Shown: positions 36,591-44,187 of the stretch, piece after piece | Numbering within the stretch: the first letter of the stretch is position 1 | How the letters are laid out: each line of letters begins with the position of its first letter | Source of the DNA: Betaproteobacteria bacterium | Lineage (GTDB): Bacteria > Pseudomonadota > Gammaproteobacteria > Burkholderiales > SG8-41 | Assembly: GCA_028292225.1 (NCBI GenBank) | Contig: JAQGMV010000106.1 | Span: 16,494 to 80,493, forward strand | Direction of reading: 5' to 3' | Length of the DNA stretch: 64,000 nt | The notes under the pieces: generated by a model | What the model saw: only the letters and a program-made list of their open reading frames with translations | Told to the model about the DNA's origin: nothing | The model's database searches: none | Made by a program: the position numbers and the translations under genes

Positions 36591-38015
36591 CTAGGTGCGA
36601 GCGGCGACGATCTTTCCGAGCGTCGCCATCGCCGCATCGAGCGCACCCGTCCACTTCATGCCGTAGTTCAGGCGGATGAAGTTTCCGAACTTGCGCTGCG
36701 GCGAGAAGACCGGGCCGGGAAGCAGCGTGATGTTCCTGTCGAGCGCGGCGCGGTAGATGTCGACGCCGATGTAGCGCGGCGGCAGCTCTACCCAGAGAAA
36801 GTATCCGCCCTCCGGTCGCGACACGCGCGTGCCTTCCGGAAACTCGCGCACGATGGCCGCGAGCATGCGCTCCTGGCTTTCGGCGAGCGTGCGGCGCAGG
36901 GTGCGCAGGTGGTGGTCGTAACCGCCGCGGCCGAGGTATTGGGCGATCCCGGCCTGGGTCGGAACGCTGGTCGCGATGGTCGTCATCAGCTTTTCGCGAT
37001 CGAGTTGCTCGGCGTAGCGTCCGGCGCAGGTCCAGCCGATGCGATAACCCGGCGCAAGGCACTTCGAAAACGACGAGCAATGCAGGACCATGCCGCGCCG
37101 GTCGAAAGCCTTCGCCGGTCTCGGCGCCTGCTCGCCGAAGTACAGCTCCATGTAGACATCGTCCTCGATCAGCGGGATGTCGCGCGCCGCGAGCATCTCC
37201 ACCAGGTCGCGCTTCCTGTCTTCGGGCGTCGAACTGCCCACCGGATTCTGAAAATTGGTCATGAACCAGCACGCTTTGACCGGGTGCTTTTTCAGCACTT
37301 CAGCCAGCGCATCGAGGTTTACGCCTTCACCCGCGTCGGTCGGCACTTCCACGGCTTTCATGCCGTAGCGCTCTATCGCGTCGAGCGCGGCATAAAACGA
37401 CGGGCATTCGATCGCAATCACGTCTCCGGGACCGGCGACCGCCCGCAGGCTCAGATTGAGCGCCTCCATCGCTCCGGAGGTCACGATGATTTCGTCGGGA
37501 TCCACGACCATGCCGACGTGCAGGTAGCGGCGCGCGATCTGACGCCGCAATTCGAGAAGCCCGGGAGGCAGGTGCTCGACCATCTCGTGCGGAGCGAGGC
37601 GCCGCGCCGCCGACGAGAGCGCGCCGGAGAGCTTATGCAGCGGGAAAAGATCGGGGCTCGGAAACGCCGAGCCGAAAGGCACGACGTCTGTCGCCTTGAT
37701 CGCGTTCAGCACCTCGAAGACGAAGTCGCTCACGTCGACGCTGCGCGTCGCCATGGAAGGCCGGGTGGGACGCGGCGGCGGCGGCACCGTTGCGCGCTGC
37801 GGATTGACGTAATAACCCGAGCGCGGTCGGGTGCGGATTTCGCCGCGGTCCTCGAGCGCGTAGTACGCCCTCAATACGGTCCCGCGGCTCACGCGGTGGG
37901 CCTGGCTCGCCTGCCGCACCGAAGGCAGCCGGTCGCCGACCCGGAGCACGCGTGAGCGGATCTGATCGGAGATTTTTTCGGCGAGCTGTTCGTAGCGTTT
38001 CATCGCCGCCAGCAT
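36591..38015 (-). CDS. MocR-family regulator (GntR-type HTH fused to a PLP-dependent aminotransferase-like domain)
   Basis: N-terminus MLAAMKRYEQLAEKISDQIRSRVLRVGDRLPSVRQASQAHRVSRGTVLRAYYALEDRGEI is a GntR winged helix. The fold-type-I aminotransferase body includes IIVTSGAMEAL, a Lys in SSFSKCLAPGYRIGW, and RLNYG near the C-terminus. Start is ATG 38015 or 38003; the track ORF (to 38435) is over-extended. Confidence 0.85.
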   Translation of the reverse strand: MLAAMKRYEQLAEKISDQIRSRVLRVGDRLPSVRQASQAHRVSRGTVLRAYYALEDRGEIRTRPRSGYYVNPQRATVPPPPRPTRPSMATRSVDVSDFVFEVLNAIKATDVVPFGSAFPSPDLFPLHKLSGALSSAARRLAPHEMVEHLPPGLLELRRQIARRYLHVGMVVDPDEIIVTSGAMEALNLSLRAVAGPGDVIAIECPSFYAALDAIERYGMKAVEVPTDAGEGVNLDALAEVLKKHPVKACWFMTNFQNPVGSSTPEDRKRDLVEMLAARDIPLIEDDVYMELYFGEQAPRPAKAFDRRGMVLHCSSFSKCLAPGYRIGWTCAGRYAEQLDREKLMTTIATSVPTQAGIAQYLGRGGYDHHLRTLRRTLAESQERMLAAIVREFPEGTRVSRPEGGYFLWVELPPRYIGVDIYRAALDRNITLLPGPVFSPQRKFGNFIRLNYGMKWTGALDAAMATLGKIVAART

Positions 38016-38175
38016 GGGCAAGAGCTGTGCCTCCCACGACAGGGAGGAACTGTACCTGCGATTGTCCTGTTCCGGGGTGCGGCGGCGCCATCTGTGTCTT
38101 TCAGTTGTACGCCCTACCGAGTACCTTTTGCGCCCCTGTCGCAAAAGCGACCGATTACCGGTGACCGGAAAGCAA

Positions 38176-38817
38176 GTGGCGATACGCGTTTTTATAACTG
38201 ACGACCACGCAGTGATGCGCGACGGGCTCAAGGCCCTGCTCAGGTCCGTGCCTGACTTCGAAGTCGTGGGCGAGGCTTGCGACGGGCGCGACGCGGTGCG
38301 GGAGGTGCTCAAGCTCGAGCCCGACGTGGTCCTGATGGATATCTCGATGCCGGGGCTCAACGGCATCGAGGCCGTTCGCGTGCTGCGCAGCCGCGAGTGC
38401 ACCGCGCGCCTGGTGATGCTGTCGATGCATTCCACTTCGGAGCACGTGTTTCGCGCGCTCGAGGCGGGCGCCGACGGCTATGTGCTCAAGGAATCGGCGG
38501 GGACCGAAGTGGTGGCCGCGGTGCGCTGCGTGCATTCGGGCCGGCGCTACATGAGCCCGGCGCTCGCCGCCGCGCATCTCGACACCGCCGGCGCCGCGAT
38601 GTCGGGCAGTCCGCTCGAGCGCCTGAGCACGCGCGAGCGGCAGGTCCTCCAGCTCGTCGTCGAAGGCAGGTCGAGCAGCGAGATCGCAGCGTGCGTGCAC
38701 CTGTCGCCGAAGACGGTCGAGACCTACCGCAGCCGCATGATGAAGAAGCTCGGCGTGCAGGATGTCACCGGGCTCGTGAAATTCGCATTGCAGCACGGGC
38801 TGACCACGCTCGATTGA
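38176..38817 (+). CDS. NarL/FixJ-family response regulator (REC + LuxR HTH)
   Basis: IRVFITDDHAVMRDGL, acceptor in DVVLMDISMPGLNG, MLSMH, YVLKES. The HTH is LSTRERQVLQLVVEGRSSSEIAACVHLSPKTVETYR. I placed the start at GTG 38176; the track ORF starts at 38014 inside the divergent MocR gene. Confidence 0.88.
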   Translation: MAIRVFITDDHAVMRDGLKALLRSVPDFEVVGEACDGRDAVREVLKLEPDVVLMDISMPGLNGIEAVRVLRSRECTARLVMLSMHSTSEHVFRALEAGADGYVLKESAGTEVVAAVRCVHSGRRYMSPALAAAHLDTAGAAMSGSPLERLSTRERQVLQLVVEGRSSSEIAACVHLSPKTVETYRSRMMKKLGVQDVTGLVKFALQHGLTTLD

Positions 38818-38954
38818 ACGTCGGGTGACGCGCCCGCCCCGGCGGAAGTGGTACGCGCGCACCCTGGACCGGTCCCGCGCCCGTGCTGCCATTGCAGCCT
38901 GGCCGCCGCCGCTGGCATCATGACGATTCTCGCGGATGTCGGCCGGGAGCCTCG

Positions 38955-39662
38955 ATGCAAAGACGCAGTTTCTTACGGGCGTGCGCCGGATACGCCGCGC
39001 TCGGCGCAGCGCCGTCGCATTCCGCTCAGGGTGAGGTGCAGCCGAGGGCATACTCGCGCACCCGGCTCACCGACGAGCGCGCGCAGCCGCTGCGCGCTGA
39101 AACTCTAGTCGCCGGCCGCAATTACATCTTTCATTACCCTTTCGAAGGCACGCCGTGCTTTCTCATCAAGCTGGGAAGGCCGACGGGGCGCAACGTGCGC
39201 CTGCGCACCGAAAACGGCAATGGCTACGAGTGGCCCGGCGGGGTCGGGCCCCAGCGCGGAATCGTCGCGTATTCTGCGATCTGCACGCACCGCATGACCT
39301 ATCCGACGCGCCAGATCAGCTTCATCAGCTATCGCGAGCGCTCGACCGCCGGGGCCGCGGCGAAGCTGAACACCATCCACTGCTGCTCCGAGCACAGCGA
39401 ATACGACCCGGCCTCCGGGGCCCGCGTGCTGAGCGGGCCCGCGCCGCAGCCGCTTGCCGCGATCCTCCTCGAATACGAGCCTGCCACCGATGGCCTCTAC
39501 GCCGTCGGCACGCTGGGCGGCGATATGTACAATGCATTCTTCGCGAAGTACGAGATGAAGCTCGAGCTCGATTACGGCAGCGGCCGCGCGCGCCGGCGAG
39601 TCGACGGGGTCAGCGTCGTAGCCGAGCTCGGCAACTTCTGCAAACAGCAGGTGCGATGCTGA
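38955..39662 (+). CDS. TAT-exported Rieske [2Fe-2S] domain protein (arsenite-oxidase small-subunit-like, orphan)
   Basis: Twin-arginine leader MQRRSFLRACAGYAALGAA. Rieske ligands are CTHRM (Cys-x-His) and CCSEHSEYD (Cys-x-x-His). The surrounding pattern (FLIKLGRP...GGVGPQRGIVAYSAICTH...VLSGPAPQPLAAILLEYE...LYAVG) resembles AioB-type subunits. I placed the start at ATG 38955. Confidence 0.7.
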   Translation: MQRRSFLRACAGYAALGAAPSHSAQGEVQPRAYSRTRLTDERAQPLRAETLVAGRNYIFHYPFEGTPCFLIKLGRPTGRNVRLRTENGNGYEWPGGVGPQRGIVAYSAICTHRMTYPTRQISFISYRERSTAGAAAKLNTIHCCSEHSEYDPASGARVLSGPAPQPLAAILLEYEPATDGLYAVGTLGGDMYNAFFAKYEMKLELDYGSGRARRRVDGVSVVAELGNFCKQQVRC

Positions 39663-39691
39663 ATCGCATACAACGACAGGAGAGGCAAAAC

Positions 39692-40207
39692 ATGACAAAA
39701 ATCGTCGGCGGCACTGCAACCATGCTGCTGCTCGCAGCTTGTGCGTCCACACCGGACAGCGGGGCTCCCACTGCGACGGCGACCCTGCGCCCGGCGAGCG
39801 GTTCGCAGGTCCAGGGCCAGATCAAGTTCACCCAGGTCGGGCCGAACCGGGTGCGCGTCACCGGTGAAGTGTCGGGGCACCAGCCCGGGATGAAAGGTTT
39901 CCACATCCACGAAAAAGGCGACTGCAGCGCGCCCGACGCCATGAGCGCCGGCGGTCACTTCAACCCGAACAAGAGCCAGCACGGCGTCACCCCGGCGGTC
40001 GGCCACGCCGGCGACATGGGCAATCTCACGTTCTCCGATGGCGGGCGGGCGACGATCGACACGACGTTCGAAGGGCTGACCGTGAGCAGCGACGCAGCCA
40101 ACGGCATCATCGGACGCGCGCTCATCGTGCACGTGGGCACCGATGACCTGAAAACCGATCCGACCGGTAATGCGGGCGCGCGCGCGGCTTGCGGCGTGAT
40201 CGGCTGA
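39692..40207 (+). CDS. sodC: periplasmic Cu,Zn superoxide dismutase, lipoprotein form
   Basis: Lipobox MLLLAAC. GFHIHEKGDC, AGGHFNP, HAGDMGN, ALIVHVGTDD and RAACGVIG are the SodC metal-ligand and disulfide motifs. AGGAGAGG lies 8 nt upstream of ATG 39692. Confidence 0.93.
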   Translation: MTKIVGGTATMLLLAACASTPDSGAPTATATLRPASGSQVQGQIKFTQVGPNRVRVTGEVSGHQPGMKGFHIHEKGDCSAPDAMSAGGHFNPNKSQHGVTPAVGHAGDMGNLTFSDGGRATIDTTFEGLTVSSDAANGIIGRALIVHVGTDDLKTDPTGNAGARAACGVIG

Positions 40208-40237
40208 TCGGATCCAGGATTCGACGGCAGGATTCAG

Positions 40238-40265
40238 AAAAACGGGCGCTCGAGCGCCCGTTTTT
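40238..40265. terminator. bidirectional intrinsic terminator shared by sodC (+) and the DksA-like gene (-)
   Basis: AAAAACGGGCGCTCGAGCGCCCGTTTTT is a perfect GC-rich palindromic stem flanked by an A5 run on one side and a T5 run on the other. It lies between two convergent stop codons. Confidence 0.85.
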
Positions 40266-40295
40266 CTGCTTGCGCCGACGCACTGGCAACTGCCG

Positions 40296-40691
40296 TCAAA
40301 GCGTCGGTGTCGACCTCGTAGCGAAAGTCTTCTCGAACTTCTCCTGATCCTGGATGCAGCGCGTCGCGGTCGGCTGCGCTTCGAGGCGTGGAAACCCGAT
40401 GTCCTGGCCGCAGGCCTCGCAGTCGCCGTAGCTGCCGTCCTCCATGCGTCGCAGCGCGGCGTCTATCGCGTTCAGCTCCTCCATGTCGCGCCCGGCCTCC
40501 TGGATCTCGAGATCGGTGTTCATGCGCAGCACCGATTCGTCTCCGGCATCGCCGACCCCGCCCATCGCGTCCTCGTTGCCTTCGGTCGCCGCCTGCTCCC
40601 GCTTTTCCCTCACCTCGCCCACCAGCACGCGCTGACGATCGAGCAGCTTTTGCTTCAGCTTCTCGAGTTGGCTTTTCGTCAAGTTTGCCAT
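40296..40691 (-). CDS. DksA/TraR-family zinc-finger protein (variant Cys-x2-Cys...Cys-x2-Asp)
   Basis: The coiled-coil N-terminal half carries an acidic tip (GDAGDES). The C-terminus YGDCEACGQDIGFPRLEAQPTATRCIQDQ matches the DksA finger CxxCx17CxxC, except that the fourth Cys is Asp. Confidence 0.8.
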   Translation of the reverse strand: MANLTKSQLEKLKQKLLDRQRVLVGEVREKREQAATEGNEDAMGGVGDAGDESVLRMNTDLEIQEAGRDMEELNAIDAALRRMEDGSYGDCEACGQDIGFPRLEAQPTATRCIQDQEKFEKTFATRSTPTL

Positions 40692-40831
40692 TCACCGCCT
40701 CTTCAGTTGATTGCGGCGCCTTCTCGCTGACGGCGCCGGACATGGGGGGCACGTTAACAAGTAGCGTGCCCAGCTCGTAAACGGGAGCCCGATCGGGAGT
40801 AGTGGCCACAGAAGCGTTTTATCACCGGCTG

Positions 40832-40880
40832 CCCCGTCCCCCGTCCCCCGTTCACCGTCTACCGTTCACCGTTCACCCGC
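40832..40880. repeat. 7-bp tandem repeat, about 7 units (CCCCGTC/CACCGTT type)
   Basis: It reads ccccgtc ccccgtc ccccgtt caccgtc taccgtt caccgtt cacccgc. It lies in the divergent intergenic region between the DksA-like gene and the glycine-zipper gene. Confidence 0.8.
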
Positions 40881-40993
40881 CTTTGTAACAACCCTAACAC
40901 TTTGTTGCACTTGATTCGTGGACCCGCCGGGCGCGCCCGCGTTTAATCACTCATGCGGAATGGATTCCGCGAGAAAGAGACAAGGAGATCGTC

Positions 40994-41521
40994 ATGTCAG
41001 TCAGCAAAACCCTGCATGTGCTTGCCGCAGGCGCCCTCGTCGCCGCGTCGCTTCCCGCGATGGCGGACCATGGGGGGCGCTGGGAGCGCGATTCGGGTTA
41101 TCGCCAGGACCGCGTGATTGAGCAGCGCTACCCCGCGCGCGAAATCGTCGTAGCCCGCCCCGTCCGTGAACGCGTCGTCGAGCGGCCCGTGTACGTCGAC
41201 CGCCGCCTGGAGGTCCAACGGCCGGTCTATGTCGACCGACCGGTGTACGTGGAGCGGCCGGTATACGTCGAGCGCCCGGCGCCCGTCTACGAGCCGGTAT
41301 ACGGCCCGGTTTACGAGCCGGCGCCGGTCTCGTATCCGTCCTATCCGGCGTATCCGCAGTCGACCGGGTACCCCCGCCGCGACGAGCCCAACATGATCGG
41401 CGTCGCGGCAGGCGCCGCTGTCGGGGCGGTCATCGGCAGCCAGGTCGGGGACCGCCACAGCCGCGGCGCGACCACGGCCATCGGCGCAGTCATCGGAGGC
41501 CTGCTGGGCAGCCAGTTCTAA
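40994..41521 (+). CDS. secreted glycine-zipper (Gly-zipper_2TM / 17-kDa-antigen-like) protein with RPVYV(D/E) repeats
   Basis: Signal peptide MSVSKTLHVLAAGALVAASLPAMA and SD GGAGA upstream. Repeats run ERPVYVDR...QRPVYVDRPVYVERPVYVERPAPVYEPVYGPVYEP. The C-terminal glycine zipper is IGVAAGAAVGAVIGSQVG...AIGAVIGGLLGSQF. Confidence 0.8.
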   Translation: MSVSKTLHVLAAGALVAASLPAMADHGGRWERDSGYRQDRVIEQRYPAREIVVARPVRERVVERPVYVDRRLEVQRPVYVDRPVYVERPVYVERPAPVYEPVYGPVYEPAPVSYPSYPAYPQSTGYPRRDEPNMIGVAAGAAVGAVIGSQVGDRHSRGATTAIGAVIGGLLGSQF

Positions 41522-41524
41522 CGC

Positions 41525-41591
41525 CGGGAGGGGGAACCCTCCCGCGTTAGAACTCGATGAACAAGTCAGAGGGAAACCCATGGTTTCCCTC
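41525..41591. repeat. two stable hairpins after the glycine-zipper gene (family C palindrome)
   Basis: GGGAGGG-GGAA-CCCTCCC (41525-41544) lies directly after the stop. GAGGGAAACC-CAT-GGTTTCCCTC (41569-41591) has a perfect 10-bp stem. A related GGAAACC-TT-GGTTTCC lies at 63369-63386. Confidence 0.7.
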
Positions 41592-41945
41592 CGACACCTC
41601 CTTTCCTTTGGGCTCTCTGCGGTCGCTCCGCCGCACTAAATCGCACACGCGATTTCCCTCAGCCCGGGTGACGATCCATCCTTTGTGTGAAATTCCCTCC
41701 AAGGGCAGCTGCGGCTCCCTTTTTCTTGGAATTGGGGCGTATTTCGGCTCCTTTTCCATGATCGCGCACCGCCGGAGCGGCGATATAGTTTTAGTCGTAT
41801 TCAGGAGTGCTGAATCCGGACGTAACTGAATTTAAGGGTGTGCGGCGGCGGCAGCGGTGCGATCGAGTCTTACGATTGATCGAAACACTGCTGAATCCAC
41901 ACAATAAATCTCAGTTGTCGCCGGTTGGCAACAGCGTTCGTTGCA

Positions 41946-41960
41946 TGGCACAATCGTTTC
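41946..41960 (+). promoter_or_regulatory. possible sigma-54-type -24/-12 element upstream of the M23 peptidase gene
   Basis: TGGCACAATCGTTTC compared with the consensus TGGCAC-N5-TTGC has one mismatch in the -12 box (TTTC). It ends 24 nt before ATG 41984. An alternative sigma-70 reading is TTGGCA (41925-41930)-N18-CACAAT. Confidence 0.25.
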
Positions 41961-41983
41961 GCGATCTATAACTACTTTGAAAA

Positions 41984-42934
41984 ATGCGCAATCTCCTCGG
42001 TAAGTTTGCGTCTTTCGGCGCCCTGATGGCCTGCGTACTCGGCTCTGCCGGGGCCGCAGTCACCGACTACCCTTTCAAGCTCCTGACCCGCGCCGAAGGC
42101 GCGGCTCAGCAGGTCGTGGCCGAGAACAATGGCCCCGCCCCGATCAGCGTCTACGTGACCCTCAGCGGCGAAAACTACGCGAGCGATCACGAGTGGCCGA
42201 TCACCACGGTCGTCGCGCCGTATACCACCGTGGCCCTGGGCCGCGTGTTCGCGAGCGAGAGCACCGGCGCCCCTTACAACTTCCTTTTTCGCTACAGCCA
42301 TCATTTCGGCCGTCTCGACGCCCAGCACGACTCCGACGCGGCCTACCGCCTGCCGTTCGAAGAAGGCCAGTCTTTCGCCGTCAGCCAGGCCCACGGCGGC
42401 CGGCTCACGAGCCACAACAACCGGGAAAACCTCTACGCGGTCGATTTCGCGATGCCAGTCGGCAGCGCGGTCCTCGCGGCTCGCGCCGGCGTCGTGATCG
42501 ATGTGACTCTGCGCCACCACGAAGGCGGCTTCAGCATGAGCTACATCGACAAGGCGAACACCGTCGCGATCGTCCACGACGACGGCACGGTCGCCGAGTA
42601 CGCGCACCTTTCGCCCGGCCCCGATTCCGTGAAACCGGGCCAGCGCGTCGCTGCCGGCGAGCTCCTCGGCTACTCCGGCAACACCGGGTACTCTTCGGGC
42701 CCTCACCTGCACTTCATCGTGTCGCGCCCGACCGTGGCGGACGGCAAGGTGACCCGCGTCTCGGTCCCGATCCAGTTCTACGCAAACGACCCGGCAGTGC
42801 GCTTCAGCGCCCAGGCGGGCACGACGCTCACGGCGAATTACCATACGCCGATGGTGGCCCAGGGCCAGCCCGCCCGTGACGTCATAGTCAATACGGCGAC
42901 CGGCCGCACCTCGCAGGAATCCCCGTCCCAGTAG
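41984..42934 (+). CDS. M23-family metallopeptidase (LytM-type), secreted
   Basis: Signal peptide MRNLLGKFASFGALMACVLGSAGA. LYAVDFAMPVGSAVLAARAGVVI carries the D of the HxxxD-type zinc motif. HDDGTVAEYAHL and GYSGNTGYSSGPHLHF carry the C-terminal HxH zinc motif. Confidence 0.88.
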   Translation: MRNLLGKFASFGALMACVLGSAGAAVTDYPFKLLTRAEGAAQQVVAENNGPAPISVYVTLSGENYASDHEWPITTVVAPYTTVALGRVFASESTGAPYNFLFRYSHHFGRLDAQHDSDAAYRLPFEEGQSFAVSQAHGGRLTSHNNRENLYAVDFAMPVGSAVLAARAGVVIDVTLRHHEGGFSMSYIDKANTVAIVHDDGTVAEYAHLSPGPDSVKPGQRVAAGELLGYSGNTGYSSGPHLHFIVSRPTVADGKVTRVSVPIQFYANDPAVRFSAQAGTTLTANYHTPMVAQGQPARDVIVNTATGRTSQESPSQ

Positions 42935-43013
42935 CTGCGGCTCGCGTGCCCTTCAGCGCCTGACCCGGGAACGACCGCCTTACGGGTGGCCCGAACCTTG
43001 CTCGGATAAAGGC

Positions 43014-43211
43014 ATGAAGCGCATTCCCACCAAGTACCCCCACATCTTCAACGCCGACGGCAGCCGGCGTTACGAGGCGTGCGTCGGGTATCTCGAAATT
43101 GTGTCCGACGGAAGCGGCGTGTACGTCTGCTGCAACGAGTGCGGCGAAGGTTACCGGTTTCAGTTCGTCATGCGGCGCAGCGACGAGCTCGCCAACGGGA
43201 ACGACCGGTAA
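43014..43211 (+). CDS. small hypothetical protein (65 aa)
   Basis: ATG ORF MKRIPTKYPHIFNADGSRRYEACVGYLEIVSDGSGVYVCCNECGEGYRF. It has lower GC than its neighbours and no family was recognised. Confidence 0.35.
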   Translation: MKRIPTKYPHIFNADGSRRYEACVGYLEIVSDGSGVYVCCNECGEGYRFQFVMRRSDELANGNDR

Positions 43212-43317
43212 GCTTTACTAGCACTCTCTGCCAGCTCTGGCGTACGTCGTTCATCGCCGCAACACACTGCCCGGTATAGCCGCGTCGCATTGGCAGGCGC
43301 CGGACCAGCCCGGCGGC

Positions 43318-44106
43318 TCACGCTGTCAGGAAATCCATGACGAGCTTGTTGAAAACTTCGGGACGCGTTTTCGACACCGAGTGCCCGCCGCCGTCGAGGA
43401 CCTCGAGCCTGGCCCCCCTGATTTGCTGCGCCAGCGTGCGGGCGTAATAACTCGGCGTGATGTAGTCATTGCTCGACGCGATGATGAGCGTCGGGGTCTC
43501 GATGCGCGAGAGTCCCGCACGTCGATCGAATCCGAGCAGCGCATCGATACGTCCTATCGAGACTTCCACGGGCGGCGCACCCGATGCGGCGCGGCGGCGC
43601 TCTTCGTCGATCTCGGCGTCATGCTCGTTCACGTAATCTGGAGGCAACAGCCACAGCGGGTGAAACATCGCGTGCAGCTCCGGCCCCGCCTGCTGGTACA
43701 TCGCACGCCGGGCTTCGAACAAACGCCTGAACCATGGATCGCAGTGCGTCCACGTGCTGCACATCACCAGGCGGTTGAGGCGCTGCGGCTGCTCGATCGC
43801 GAGCGTCTGGCCGATCGCGCCTCCGGTCGACAGGCCGACGAGATGGGCGCGCTCGATCTTCAGCTCGTCCAATAGAGCGATGAGGTCAGACGCCATCCCG
43901 TCGAGCGAGAACTCGCGCTGGTTTTTGTCGCTCGATCCCGTTCCCCGGTGGTCGTAGGTGATCACCCGAAAGTGCGGGCTGAAGACCGGCACCTGAGGCT
44001 GCCAGTAGCGCGCGACGCCGTTGAGCCCGCTGACGAACACGAGCGGCTCGCCCGAGCCGGCCTCTTCGTAGTGGATTTCACCGCCGGGAACTACAACCTT
44101 GGGCAT
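43318..44106 (-). CDS. alpha/beta-fold hydrolase (RutD/PcaD-like)
   Basis: Oxyanion region LVFVSGLNG, then YDHRGTGSS, nucleophile elbow HLVGLSTGG and a C-terminal GGHSVS histidine motif. 262 aa. Confidence 0.8.
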   Translation of the reverse strand: MPKVVVPGGEIHYEEAGSGEPLVFVSGLNGVARYWQPQVPVFSPHFRVITYDHRGTGSSDKNQREFSLDGMASDLIALLDELKIERAHLVGLSTGGAIGQTLAIEQPQRLNRLVMCSTWTHCDPWFRRLFEARRAMYQQAGPELHAMFHPLWLLPPDYVNEHDAEIDEERRRAASGAPPVEVSIGRIDALLGFDRRAGLSRIETPTLIIASSNDYITPSYYARTLAQQIRGARLEVLDGGGHSVSKTRPEVFNKLVMDFLTA

Positions 44107-44187
44107 CGTACCCCTCCTTTAAATGCTGATGATGAGTGCGAAATGGACCGATGCTCGGCGCGTGAGCGCTCATTGCGCATCCCGCAT

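Noticed and set aside
40234-40809. 191-aa ORF overlapping the DksA-like gene in another frame.
   Set aside because: It has an Arg/Gly/Ala-rich sequence without motifs. The DksA frame has a clear zinc-finger signature and sensible boundaries next to the terminator.
41547-41829. Track ORFs 41557..41829 (+) and 41547..41759 (-) inside the long spacer.
   Set aside because: They overlap each other on opposite strands and are translations of the palindromic repeat (EGNPWFPS / EGNHGFPS). They have no RBS and atypical composition, so the region is more likely non-coding.
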